Origin: Podarcis filfolensis
Taxonomy: Eukaryota
DNA: 64,000 nt
Direction: 5' to 3' (one strand)
Assembly: GCA_964270895.1 (NCBI GenBank)
Contig: OZ185436.1
Position numbers and translations under genes: made by a program. Of the stretch, positions 14,581 to 27,715 are shown piece after piece (position 1 is the stretch's first letter; every line of letters begins with the position of its first letter). A model generated the notes under the pieces. The model was not told where the DNA came from and ran no database searches. It saw only the letters and a program-made list of their open reading frames with translations.

Positions 14581-17500
14581 TACTCAATACTGGGAGGTTC
14601 TGGATGCAAGCTCTCCCCCTCCATTCAAAGAGCCTCATCCCGTTTTGAGTTGAGTCCAGACCCATTTGAGTCCAACTTGAAATAATGTTCAACTCCTGCC
14701 AACACTGCCTTCCTTCACAAGCAAATACCTTTAGCTTAGCAGAGGGGGGAAATATAACTGGATTAAGTTCCACAATAATTCATACCAAAGATGGATGCAT
14801 TTTATTGCCAGCCCAGCAGTAGTATTGGTGTGATACAGGAAGAGTTACAGCTCCTTTGAATAACCAACCTCCTGATGTATGGAATAAATGAAGAAAGTGC
14901 CATTGGCAATATTCCCTCACCACTGGCTACATGTAGTAGGGTATTTATCAAAACCTATGAATGAACACTGGCATTTAGTAGCAAACCATGGGGTGAAGGA
15001 AGGATATGTAGCCTAGGCTGGCTTTGCTTTCAGCTTGCTCAGTGGGACTTCTATGGCTGCTTTATACCTGCACTGCATGTTGAGCTGCTTTCAGCTGATG
15101 AAATGCCAGCTATTTACCTAATTTGATAGAGCAGGGGATTTGTGTGCACGTGCAAGAGTGATAGTGATCTGGGAGTAAGGATAAAGGGTAGTAACTTGAC
15201 TTCATGAGAGTAGCATGCAGAGGGGACTGCAAATGCAAACACTGACAGATGCAAGGGAGAGAGAATTGTGGACTGACTGATTAGAAGGGAAGCTTTCAGC
15301 AGGGGGTGTAAGCACATTTTCAAAAACGTGTACTTTTGTGTACAATAACGGGTTCTTAATTACATCTAAAAAGATCTAACTATTTACATTAGACCATAAT
15401 ATATTTAATTAGAGTGGAGTCCTGCTGAAGTCCTCAATCCAAAATTAAGTTGTTTAAATTTTCTCAAGATGTGTGAGTCATTTATTATTTTGTACCATTC
15501 TAAAGGTATCTCGTGTTTCCTTGTATCTGCATATATTGTCATAGCCACATTAATATTTTATATGAGTGGGCAGTTTAGAAATATTTTTTCTAAATATTTT
15601 GACAATGATCCTGTGAGCACTATTGCTTTAGGTGCCGCTTCTGAAACTGTTTTGGTATAGTGCCTCTCTGAAAACAAAACTACGCAGTAGTTCGGAGATG
15701 TAAAGTATAGGGGAGAGCAGGAAGATGTGCTAAGATGTGCTTGTAAGGAAATATCATGCTACAAATAGAATTGACATACAATCAGTCCTGGAGATGGCTC
15801 CCAAGGGAACTCAAAGACTTTGCCACCTGCCAAGGGAAGAGGGGAATTAAATTGGTCTCGTCAAAAAGCTCAAGGAAAATACAGCGTGAGGTTTTAGCAT
15901 CCGCCCTCACTTTTTCAGGTAGTGCTCCACTGGCATTGGCAGTTTCAAATCCAGAAGGCCTATTTAGGTGGTCAGTTACAAATGCATAGCTGAACTTTTG
16001 TTTCTCACTTACAGTGAGGGATTCCAGAATGGGGATTAAGTCCAAAAATGCAAATCGGTAATTTTAATGTAATTACTTACACTCATGTCATGTTGTTCTA
16101 GATAATCTATTGAATGACATATAAACTGGATGTCACTAGCAACTGCATATTTATTTTTTAAGTAAATTGCAGGAATGTGGTGGGGGGCAATCTTATCAGG
16201 ACACTGGCAAGGGACTTTAAGCCTTTGCTCTCCAGTGTGGAACAATACCTGCTATTTGCACTGAAAAGAAAGCTCTGATTTACACTCATGGAAGCTCTTT
16301 CCCAATGAAAATAGCAGGCAAAGGGTCAGGAACACCACGGGGTCCAAGTCCTCTAAACCCACCCACAACAGGGTCTTGTTCCAGATTATGCCATCTCTGC
16401 GGTTGCTGGTTACTTTAGAAAAGCCATTCACACCGTTGCTAAATGCATGTATGATATGTTGTCTGAACTAGTTTGGCCCTTAGAAAAGCAGGCACAAAGA
16501 ACAGTCTGAGACATTTGGTCTTGAAACATCTATTTTTAAATCCATGTCTATATTCATGTCTCATTGCAGTGTGACTTCTTGTGGTTTCTTACATTTCTAA
16601 ATATTGTTATTGTGAGCCTCCATAATGAGTCTGTTATATGGCAGTTCATCAACCCTGTAAGTAAGCAAATAAATTAAATAAATCAGGTAAAATACGGTGA
16701 GCATCAATCTTCCTCACCTCAGACATGAAAGCCCAAAATATTCTCATGTTACTGAAAGCTGTTAATTACAGAAGATTCATAACAGGATTTGAAGGATCAT
16801 GCAGACAAAGGCCAGATTCAAGGAACATGTGTCATTAAAGACTTTGTGATATTGACTTGGGCTTATGCTACCAATTATTTATAACCCCCTGCCACCTGTT
16901 TGTGCCTGGAGTACAAACAGCTTTTGAAATAGAAGCCAAGCCTCCAGCTGCATATAACACAGACAACTGAATTCAGAAATCCAGCTCTTTTCAAGTGCTG
17001 CTAATTTCTCTGTACTTTCAGCTTGCGACCTAAGTAAATTAAAAATAAAGCACGGATGTGTTATTTAAAAAATAAAGTGTTATCGCTTCGGGAACAAATA
17101 AGGTAAGGAAGTGAAAAGCAAAATGGTTATTTCTGAACACTAAAAACATTATGGCACGTATATTTCTGGGACTAAACTGATATTTCAGTGAAAGACATAC
17201 CAAATGGAACATTAACTTTTCTCCATCAGCCAAAGGCTCCAAAAACCAACAAAAGCCTTTATAAATTAATTACACTTATTTCCCAGATTCTCTGCTCTTT
17301 TGTAGCACATACAAGAGATAGCTGAAAGTAACCCCCTGGGTTTTAAAAAATTATTAATTGATATATATATATTACCTCTGCCAGGTTTCTAAAAGACAGC
17401 TGGGATATGATTGCACATACTTGTCACTTTGGGTTCCTAATTATTATTCTATATGTGCCCCCTGTCTTATAGGATAGGGGAGGAACAACGTAGAAATGAA

Positions 17501-20500
17501 ATCTTCCAGAAGAATCCGGCTATCCCTTCTTTAGCAAAGCCTAAGCAGTGGGGGGAGGGGGGCTGTGTCAATCCCAAATGGACCTCTGCCTGAGTTTACA
17601 TCAATTACGTCACAGGATCTCTTTCTGTGTCACTGTCTTGTTAGCCTGCTCAAGTTTAATTTCTGGTACTGCCTTTAACAACTGCATGACAGAACAAACT
17701 AACTGGTTCTGTGAATAGCTATTGGGGAAAGTTCACTTGGTTTATCACACAGTTGTTAAGGCTAGACTGTAAAGAATGTAAACGGGTGATCTGTAGTGGA
17801 TCGCTCAGCGTTTTCTGACTCCTAATCATTTAAAGATAGGAAAAAACAAAGCGCCTTGGGGTGGGGTCTTAAATTAGGATGCTGAAACAAAGAAAGATTA
17901 GGGGGGTGGAGATCAGGAGTGTTTTTGTGTGTGAAAAGATTGTGAACTCAGTCATGGCACCACAAATAAAGTAGATGCCACAGGAGTGACACTATTAATC
18001 CTTGCTTTTAGGGTGCAGAAGCCTAGCATCAAGTATGTGAAATTTTAAATTTCACCTACTCTCTATTGATATGAGCTGGTAACGCATACTAACTTACTAG
18101 CAGACACATGCTATGTTAAGAATGGTTTCTAAGAACTGAGTCAATACAGAGTCTTAAATAATGACTAACTAACCTATATTAAATTCACACCACTAAATAC
18201 CAATTAACCTAGTTAGAAAGCTCATGTAAATCAGTCTCACAGATTCAGGATGCCTTTCAAAGAATCTTTGTTGATTTAATATTTACTGTAGGATATGCTG
18301 GAAAAATCAAATACTATTTCTAGTCTGGCTTCAAATATAAGTATCCCTTAACACCATAATCCCCTCAGAGCTACAATCTATGTTACCCATTCATTTATAG
18401 ACTTAGCAGCATTCTGCATTTGACCCTTGAAACAGTAACTGGGTAAAATTGCCAGTCTGCATAATCGCAGGAAGAAGAGATTCTTCAAAATTCTGCACAA
18501 CAGGGACACGTTTGGTAAGGAAAAAAAATACATCTTTCATAAAGAAAGCTCTGAAAAGATGCAAGGATTTTGACTGAGCTTATTTCAGAATTCAAAATGC
18601 AGTAAGGCACAAAGCTACCTGCAGCTGCAATTCCCACTAACATAGTACTATCAGAAATCAGCTTGTTAGCAGCCATTCTGTTTGTCTGATTCCACTCAAA
18701 ATCGATAAACAGGACTGAACTTTAGTTTCTACAAAACTGTGGGGAACTGCAACATTTGGACTAAGAACAGAAACTGAAATTCTAAATGAACCTGATAAAT
18801 TCAAATGCTGGGTTCAAAACAATAAAATAAAGCCAGCACAGTGTGAGTAAATTACTGTACACTAAGGAACACTGGTAAGGTTCTGATAACATCGACAAAG
18901 ATTCAGAGGTTATTGGGACGTTGTAAGGACATTATAAGCAAAGTATTCACATTTCTCTCCTGTAACAGCCTTTGTCAGAAAGTGAAGGAGGGATAGGTAT
19001 GAAGCACTGAATCTTGCCCTGCTCTCCGCAGCAACATAGTCTATCCTCAGCCAGTATGAAGCAAACAGAAGCTACTACAAAATAGTCAGATTTACGTCCC
19101 TGAACAATGCATGATCTTGTGCAACAGATGTAGATGGCAAGCCTCTTTGACCCTACTGCTACAACTCATTCCTAGCAGAAATTTGTATTATGCCACACCA
19201 GAACTCTCAAAAGTGATAGTACCATAAGCCCTGGGAAACAGAGTAACACTGGGCATTGAACAGTTGTTAGAAACTTCCCGTTTCAAAATTTGGAGATTGT
19301 GAGTGGTGTTTGCAGCTGACAGAGAACAGTAAGCCAGCTTTCTTGTTTCTCCTGTTCCTATAAGTTTGGTTTCAAAATGAAGTTAGTTGAGGCCTTATGA
19401 TATTCAGTCTATACCTTATCACATTCACCCTGGATTTAAGACGGATCAATCTAAATTGTAAGATTATTTTAAAAATCAGATTATAAACAAAAGCTGTAGG
19501 AAACTAAGACTGGAGAGCAGTTATGAGATCTGGAATTTAGGGCTGTTCCTCATGGCAAAGACGTTACTGGTCACCTTTCTCTTGAAATTCCTTCTTTGTG
19601 CAAAGTTTAGAACCTGAAGGGCTATAATGCAATATCCCCATCCGTACTAGGTTATCTCCACTGACTGTCTTTGTAATGAGAGCAGGAACTAAAGTGATTT
19701 ACAAACGACCGTATGGAGGGAATCAATTCTGGATGACACCAGCAGGGAGGGGAAGATCTGACTAGTTCCATTTTGTATATAGTTTAGTAGCAGCGTGTTG
19801 CTAAGTAAAGTTTGTTCCTTCTAATCCAGCCTCTGTGGCTCATATGTAATCTTGCAAATACTTCAGTCTTCTTTTACTATATAGGCTTTTAAGTGGGGTA
19901 GGGCACAGGAATGGGGTTAGTAAAAGATTTTGCAGCCATTTGACTCTTAACGGTTTATTTCCATAATCATTTATCCTAGCGTTAACAACCCTTGAACTTG
20001 CTCTGGTCCTGGATCTGTTTGCATGGTTATGTGGCTAAGCGCAGGATGAAGATGAAAATGAACAAAACGGTCAAGGGATGTTATTTTGCCTCTCATTTTG
20101 CCTCCAGAAAAGCAATTTTAAAAACAATCTCATAATCTTAATTATCAAGGAGACAAAGTTGAAAATTCACAGTAATATGATATGACAGGAGAGAGTGACC
20201 AAGGAGGTTTGTCTACAGGCAACCTGTAAGGGGCAGCCCCACATGTATTTACTCACATTCACATCATCTTGGCTGTGAGTCCTGGAAAACCTGCTCCCTG
20301 CCTTGCAGGCCTTTTCCCACCTGGCCTGCTTTCGGTTTTTTGTATCTTTATTTTAGAGCTTGTTGTGATGTAGATGGAAATTGTTCAGTTTGCTTGTGTA
20401 TTTTTGTGTTATTTGTTATTTATGACTATTTTTATTACATTTCAGTTACATATATTTTCATGTTGTAACCTCCCTTGAGCATGGTTTGAACTGTGGAAAG

Positions 20501-20878
20501 GTGGCATACAAATAAAATAATGTATATATGTGGGTATTAGCACATAAAACACAATTCACCTGCATATTAGAACCAGGTTGGGAGGAAGCCTGCTTAAAGC
20601 TGTAAAGCACAGTGATGAAAGGGAAGGTGGGGTGGTGTTTTGGTTGTTGTTTTTTGTCTTTTTTACTCCTCTGGAATGCTCAGGCACCATTTCTTTAGAC
20701 TCAGAACAAGCTTATTAAAATAGTCCCCACCTTCTGCCACCCCCTGAAAAATCCTGTTTTGAAAAATCAGACAATTGGTGTCTTATGTTGGTTTTATTAG
20801 GTCCCCTTGTTTAAGCTTCTTACATGTCTGGCTAGTTAATTTGGCTACGTTGTAGTCAGGGATGCTAGTACAGTGTGT

Positions 20879-20925
20879 GTATATATATATATGTATGTAT
20901 ATATATATATATATATATGTATATA
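20879..20925. repeat. Interrupted (AT)n microsatellite
   Basis: Direct reading. Confidence 0.9.
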
Positions 20926-21212
20926 AAGAATACAATGTTCTTTAGGTGCTATTTCACATCCTTGGGATCTAATGACAGTTTTTCTAAGCATTTTTGAGAC
21001 CAGTGGCTTACTTAATTCAGTCTCACAACATCACTGAGATTTCAAAACCCTCATTATCATGATACTTTTCCATCCTTCATGCTGCCACACCCTGCTGGCT
21101 CAACCTGATGTAAGAAATGATAGAAGGAACAAAGGGTTTCTGGGAAGTAGTTCCTGGGGCAGCATGTCACACAGAAAAGCAGACTTTTTTCTGTATCTCA
21201 GCATACCAGTTC

Positions 21213-21562
21213 CATGCCCTCCAACATTTGTCTGATGAAAATAGGGACTTCATATTCCATAATGTCAATTTTACTATTTATAACCCACACATCTTACTGG
21301 GTTCCCCCAGCCACTCTGGGCAGCTTCCAACATATATAAAAACATAATAAGCATTAAAATTTTTTTTTTAAAAAACCTTTCCTATACAGTATTGCCTTCA
21401 GACGACTTGGGGGTCAGCTAACTCCATACCCTCCAACATTTTTTCCAATAAAAATAGGGACATCCTAAAGAAAAGTGGGTCTTTCTGGGATCAAATCAGA
21501 AACCGGGATGGCTTCTCTATATCAGGGGTGTCCCTGGAAAATAGGAATACCTGGAGGGTCTG
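21213..21562. mobile_element. Composite non-autonomous element: duplicated MITE left end, antisense L2 3' tail, then a complete TIR MITE
   Basis: cat(g/a)ccctccaacattt...aaaatagggac occurs at 21213 and 21425; right TIR ggagggtctg ends at 21562; 21265-21400 is the reverse complement of the L2 tail at 62070-62195. Confidence 0.7.
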
Positions 21563-21624
21563 CAGTTCTAAAGTTTCCTCCTCCACCATTGTATCAATAT
21601 ATGTGGAACTAAATAAGTGTGTTA

Positions 21625-22725
21625 TAAAAAATAAAGTGCGAGACTGGCTCCATTATTTTCAGATAATGGAGGCTTACAATTTGGACAAGAAAATTGGCTT
21701 CCAGGTGGAAAAATCTAAATTAGAAACAGAAGTGCTAGAACCTAAAACTAAGATTATGTCAAAAATGTATAACTTGCTGCTGAAATGGAATACACAGGAT
21801 GAAACGGTCAAGTCAGCTATGATTAAATGGGCACAAGATGTTGGACACAACATTATGTTTGCTGACTGGGAACAGTTATGGACCACAGGTATGAAATTTA
21901 CGGCATGTAATGCCTTAAGAGAGAATATTATGAAAATGATATACAGGTGGTACATGACCCCAGTCAAGCTTGCAAAAATATATCATTTGCCCGATAATAA
22001 ATGTTGGAAATGTAAGGAGGTTGAAGGTACATTTTTTCACCTTTGGTGGACGTGCCCAAAGATTAAGGCTTTTTGGGAAATGATTTATAATGAAATGAAA
22101 AAGGTATTTAAGTATACCTTCTTGAAAAAACCAGAGGCTTTTCTCTTGGGCATAGTCGGCCATTTGGTGCCAAAGAAGGACAGAACTTTTTTATGTATGC
22201 TACAACGGCAGCAAGAATACTTATAGCAAAGCACTGGAAGACTCAAGATCTACCCACTCTGGAAGAATGGCAGATGAAGTTGATTGACTGTATGGGACTG
22301 GCAGAAATGACTGGCAGAATCCGCGACCAGGGAGAAGAGTCGGCAGAAGAAGATTGGAAGAAATTCAAGGACTATTTACAGAAATACTATAAAATTAATG
22401 AACTTTAAAAAGATGCTGGATTGAATTTATGTGGTCTCTAGCTGTAATGATAAAGATAACTGGGATTAAAATTGTTTAAGTCATAAAATTTAAAAAAGTT
22501 GATTGGAAAATATTAACATTAGTTAAAAGGAATGTTAAGAGATTAGGATTTGCTGGATTAACAATTTGAACTAGAAAACAAGAAGGGGAGGTATGAGGAA
22601 GTCAAAGAAACATGTTACTGAAAAATTGTTATTGAAACTGATTTGTTTTTAATATTTTTCTTTTTCTTTTTCTTTTTGTGTTTGTATAAAATTGGAAAAC
22701 TTAATAAATATTTATAAAAAATAAA
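21625..22725 (+). mobile_element. 5'-truncated L1-clade LINE, ORF2 C-terminus (CCHC zinc knuckle) and 3' UTR
   Basis: RWYMTPVKLAKIYHLPDNKCWKCKEVEGTFFHLWWTCPKIKAFW; one frameshift near 22190, continuing MYATTAARILIAKHWKTQDLPTLEEW; A-rich tail; perfect 15-bp TSD taaataagtgtgtta (21610-21624, 22726-22740). Confidence 0.95.
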
Positions 22726-23097
22726 TAAATAAGTGTGTTAGGACAGCAGTCATAGAGGGAAGGAACAAGTTAAGGGATCGGAAGTGACTCAGCATAAAAC
22801 GTATAGTGAGAGAGCAGGATGGTCAGAGAGAGTTAAAAGCTGAAAGAAAGCTGGTTTAAGTTAAGTTATTGGTTTTATAATACTCCTGCTAGATTCTTAA
22901 TGACAATTAACACCACTTGAAACAACTGTCACACACACCAGCATGTATCTACTATCTTTCATTTGGTTCTATATTTGAGGAGTGCCCAGACTAGCAATTC
23001 ACTGCTCAGAATGCTGCTTGCTCAGGTCTAACAGCATTTCAGGTTGGTTCCTGTAAATCTTGCATGAAATGTACACCCACTATAGCAAGTATGTTTC

Positions 23098-23658
23098 TGT
23101 AAACATCTCCAAACATTTTAGACAGGGCCCTGGATGGAAACTCTGGATATCTGGGTCAAGGTCTGGTTATCCATTCCTCCATCCCAGTGCTTGACCTCAT
23201 GAGTTCTCCTCTTCAGGGAAAGGGTAGAAACCACCCGCCCCCCACATTCCCACTTTTATAAGGGAATGGGAAGAAATTGTATGGCAGATAAGGCACTGGG
23301 TTGTATCTGTAGTTTATTGAGTACATTGTTAAAAGGGTCTGGGAAGGGGTGTCTGTTCGGAAGTCCACACCCAATGGGCCATAGCACACTTCCAAGTGGT
23401 GGCCCTGTTGGGCTCATCTTGATTTGGTGTATGTCATAAGGCGACCCTCTATACAGGGTTGACCCAACCTCTTATCAACCAACAGGTGGGCTGCTTGATA
23501 CCTGATGCTTACCCAATGCCATCGCCAAAGCCTATTTACATATGTGAACAACAAAAGTTGTAGCCTATTTCAACCTAAGACTGATGTCCTGAGTCTTATT
23601 TCTACCTGAGATGGCCCTGCACTGGGCTGCTTGCTTCCTGTGCCTGGGCCCGCAAATA
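23098..23658 (+). mobile_element. Probable solo LTR (related to 42645-43080)
   Basis: Begins tgtaaacatc; shares colinear blocks with 42645-43080 (tgatttg(g/a)tgta..ata.gg.gaccct; aaagttgt.gcct; gcactggg; gggcc.gcaaa). No clear TSD. Confidence 0.55.
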
Positions 23659-24909
23659 TCTAGTCCTCTCTCTTCCTTCTTGAGTCTCCTTGTTCTCAAA
23701 AGAACTAATACATACATGTCCCAGAAAGTGGGACTACCTTGCTGGAATTGTCTTAACCTGCTAATCCTCTTTGGCCAAGAATTACTAAATAATTACATTT
23801 CCGGGACCAATGTGCCCATCTCCAAGGCAGCAGAAGGTGCTTTGACAAAGGGGAAAAGGCAAACATTCTTAAAAGGGATTCCCCATATAGCTGCTTCCAT
23901 CTTCAGAAACAATTGTAAAACGGTTAATGTCTGTCTGTCACACAGACACAAATACACCCACCTCATGCACCTAGCACAGACATGCTCAAGAATTGAAAGC
24001 ATTAGGAAGGGGTCGGATAAATCCCTGTACAGCTGCTTGCTTATGACAGCAGCTTTGAGTTACACACTGATTTTTCAAAAGCACATGTGCAAAAATTAAA
24101 AGAACTCAAACTTTAATGCCTCTCTCCCCGCCCCTTTCTTCTGTCTGTTCTTTTGATGCCTGGGGATGTAACATGCTTCTCTCTCAACTGCTGAGCTATC
24201 AGAGTGCTTTATATAATTTACAAGCATTATTCATAACAGCCAAATGCAAAAACTGGAAGTAGGACAGACTGTGCTTCAGTCCCCCCCTCCCGCCAATCCC
24301 ACTTTTCCTTTCATTATAACTTCAAACCTGACTGTTACAGTGCATTTTTCCAGTAGGTGATATAAAGCAGGTCCATTCTCTACATTTTTTATATGACTAA
24401 TTCTTTTGAACTCTGGTATGAATCATTGGTTTTTGATGGGAAATCAGGACCTTTGTAAGCCTAGATGACACCTGCACAGGGGCGCAAACTCAAAAATCTG
24501 TTTGAATGGAATCAACCAGAACTGGCAGACAGGCTGATTAAACAATATATGCTAAGTGGATCAGGAAGGAGCAATTCTTAGTGATAGTCTACCATTAGAT
24601 CTGTATAATCTCCGCTAATGATAAAAGTCCAGATAATGAGAACTACAATGCCATCCACTACTGCTTCTAAAGATTAAAGGGTTATAGAAAGATTGTTAAC
24701 TAAAGAACACAGAGCTTTCAATAGGATGAGCATGACGTTCTGGATCCCATGCTCTTTCTCAAACAAAGCACAGAAGGAATATTAGCAATCCAGCAGAGAA
24801 GGACTTTGCTAATAAAGGGCTGAACACACTGGAAATGTGAGCTTGTAATGAGAATATAATGCCACAGCAAGAACTTTGCACAATTCTGAGTAATGTGTAG
24901 ATGTAGAAT

Positions 24910-25120
24910 TATTATGTATTACATTTATAGCTTACCTATCTTTCAAAGAGCTCAAATGTCGTACTTGGTCCCCCTCCAAATTTTATCTTCACAACAACCC
25001 TGTGAGGTAGGTTAGGTGGCTCACCTAACTGACTAGTGGATCGGATAATAACTAACCTAAGGTGTCCTGGCAAGCTTCATGACTGTGTGGAAATTCACAC
25101 TCAAGTATCCAGTCACTACC
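24910..25120 (-). mobile_element. Squam3-like SINE
   Basis: Contains ttttatcttcacaacaaccctgtgaggtaggttagg core with the tail toward lower coordinates. Confidence 0.7.
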
Positions 25121-25184
25121 AGGGAGAATGGGAACTCTAGAATCAATAGGAATTTATTCAGAGAAAAATAAAAACCAAAGTACT

Positions 25185-25350
25185 TAAGAACATAACAGAA
25201 ACCTTGCTGGGTTAAACCATAGATTCATCCAGGAATCCATACTGTTTCCCACAATAGCCAACCAGATGTTCATCAGAAGCCGGCAAGCAAGACATAAAGG
25301 CAATAGCACTCTTCTACACTCACTTCCCAGCAGTTAGTATTCAGAGGCCT
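25185..25350 (-). mobile_element. CR1-type LINE 3' end fragment
   Basis: aagaacataacagaaaccttgctgg...tgtttcccacaatagccaaccagatg resembles the reverse complement of CR1 3' ends. Confidence 0.55.
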
Positions 25351-26164
25351 CTACTTAATGTTTCAGAAGCAAGGATGCTATGAAGAAACAGAGACAGAAG
25401 GTATAAGTATGCAATACAATAAAATAAATCATAGTTTGCGTATTGGGTCAAACTCCCAATTTTGGTAGCTAAAGCTTGCATCTGCTCTCTGGCATCAGGG
25501 GGGCACCGTACATACATGGCTCTCAGTCCCCTCTGATTTTTAGGAGAGAGGTGGCAGTTTTTTTGAGATCATATTTTCCTGTAAGCTTTAGGACTCCTTC
25601 CCATCTATAGGAACCTTCTCCAGCCCTGTCACTTATTTCATTTTGTCACCTGAATGCTAAGACTCTCTATTTGAAAATATGGGGAGTGATCATGCAAACA
25701 TTAGGCTTCTAGAATTGCATATTATTATATTAAGGATGAACAGTGTAAAAACAAACCAATGGTGTTATAAGCTATATACCACAGTAACTATACAGACTTG
25801 AATGTCAGTCATTCAACATCACAACTGAGGGCTATTTTGGATGTCAAAGTAGGTGGGGAGGGGAAGAGAAAGTGCAATCTGCCATGTCTGAAGTGAACTT
25901 TTGCATTGCCCCACACCCCCACATACAAGCTGTCTCCCCATTTGAAATTTGCATGTCACCCCAAAGGTCACGTCTCTTGGCACTGCTCCGTAAGGCAGTT
26001 TAATAGATGCCAGTGCCTATCATATAGGTGCAAACAATTAAACAAGAAAGAGTAATTACAATATTGTGAACTGCCATAAAGATGAAAAATGCCTTTGGGT
26101 GTGTTCAGACTGCTGGGATTTTGCATGGTTTGAGAAAACTGCATGGAGCGTGTAAGATATATGG

Positions 26165-26300
26165 CAGCCATAGGCAACCTCGGCCTGCCAGATGTTTTGG
26201 AACTACAACTCCCATGATCCCTAGCTAACAGGACTAATGGTCAGGGATGGTGGGAATTGTAGTCCCAAAATATTTGGCGGGCTGAGGTTGCCTATGCCTG
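26165..26300. mobile_element. 136-bp palindromic hAT-type MITE, related to 3714-3849
   Basis: TIRs cagccataggcaacctcggcc / gggctgaggttgcctatgcctg; same actacaactccc...gggaattgtagt core; degenerate 8-bp TSD (atatatgg / gtatatag). Confidence 0.85.
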
Positions 26301-26839
26301 GTATATAGAATTTACAATGATCAATTGCCACATCTTCGTAGCATATGGGATAGGAGGTAGGTTATACAAAAACTTCTACCTCTCTTTTTTAGAAAAAGAA
26401 AATCATGTATTTAGTATTAATAGGAATAATATTAATTAAGTGGGAGTCATGTTACCAATATATCAATTTAATAATCAGGTCCAGAATGAGTCCATGTTTG
26501 ATATTATACTTATGGATTCACAGGTCTTAAGATTGCTTATCCAAAGTTGTCCAGGGATAATTGGTGACTGAATCCATGCTCTGGCATATTTGCATGAGTA
26601 ATGAAGCAATACTAACCAGCTTGAAAGTTGTCTGATGCACAAGTTTTTCCATCAATGCCATTTTCCATACTTCCTGGTACCAATTATCCAGAAAGGAATT
26701 ATTGCAAGACCTTCAATTTTTTAGCAATTACAAGTCTAGCTGCTATCAGTAAGAATGTTACGAGTTTTTTGTGCACAGCCCCTCAAATATATGTAATAAT
26801 GCCAAGTTGTGGGTCTGGAAGCAATGACTGATTACCAAT

Positions 26840-27420
26840 TGTACCATGGAAAACTCCTCCTCATGATGTTGCAATTCTCTCACATTATCACCACATAAGG
26901 AAAAATGTTCCTCAGTTCTCACTTTGCCTCCAACATGATGGAGAAACCGTGTTAGTCATTCTATTTTGTATGTGAGGAATAAGGTACCAGCAAAATGCCA
27001 TCTTTAAAGAGTTCTCTCTGACTCTAGCAGAAATTGTTTCAACAGTGCTTTGCTTCAAATCCTTTTCCACTTAACCTTGCCAATTTCCAGAGTTAATGTT
27101 CCCCAATTCTTTTAAGTCTGTCATGCGCTCCCAATGTTTGAGCTAATAAATTTCTCTAGATATTTGACAGTATGCCTTTTCTCTAATTTGTGGTTTGGTT
27201 TATTAAATTCTCAAATATCATGAGAGGGGTAGTGACTTGACTCACAATTATGAACATTGTTACGAAACGTTCCTCCTGGTGGAGTTGCTTTCTAATTGAT
27301 TTTGTAATTGTTGTCCTGATTTGGGTCTGATTCCCTGACTCCTGCAGTTCAAAATATTATCTAAGGTCCAATTCCTGTGCAACTTGGCATCCAGAATCTC
27401 AGATTGGGAGATTGAGGTGC
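26840..27420 (-). mobile_element. Decayed L1 ORF2 relic
   Basis: Minus strand reads VSPSCWRQSEN*GTFFLMW**CERIATS*, a degenerate version of the CWKC...GTFFHLWWTCPKI knuckle in the 21.6 kb copy. Confidence 0.7.
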
Positions 27421-27629
27421 AGCTAACTTAAATCATTTGTCTTTAGGGGAAGAGGAGAGTTGGTGGGATGATGTCATCACCTCCTCAACAACTTCAACCT
27501 TATTAAAAAGATAAAAAATCTTCCAATGACTGGTGTGAACAGAGCTCTCCCACTATTCCTTTCCTAGCATAGTACAAAGGTGGATGTGTACATTCAAGGT
27601 ATGTAGATATCTTTAGCAAATGTACAGTA

Positions 27630-27715
27630 TAACACTAAGCATGTTTACTTGAAAGTAAATGCCAGTGAGTTCAACATGGTTTACTCTCAGTAAGTGTCTT
27701 TAGGATTGCAATCTT
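27630..27715. mobile_element. Short palindromic MITE
   Basis: taagcatgtttact...gagttcaac...ttactc...taggattgca; a related decayed copy lies near 40700-40790. Confidence 0.5.

Noticed and set aside
21528-21624. N-terminal extension of the 232-aa L1 ORF
   Set aside because: Lies outside the TSD; chance open frame through MITE and flank.
23611-24099. 162-aa plus-strand ORF
   Set aside because: No domain, splice or compositional support; starts inside an LTR remnant.
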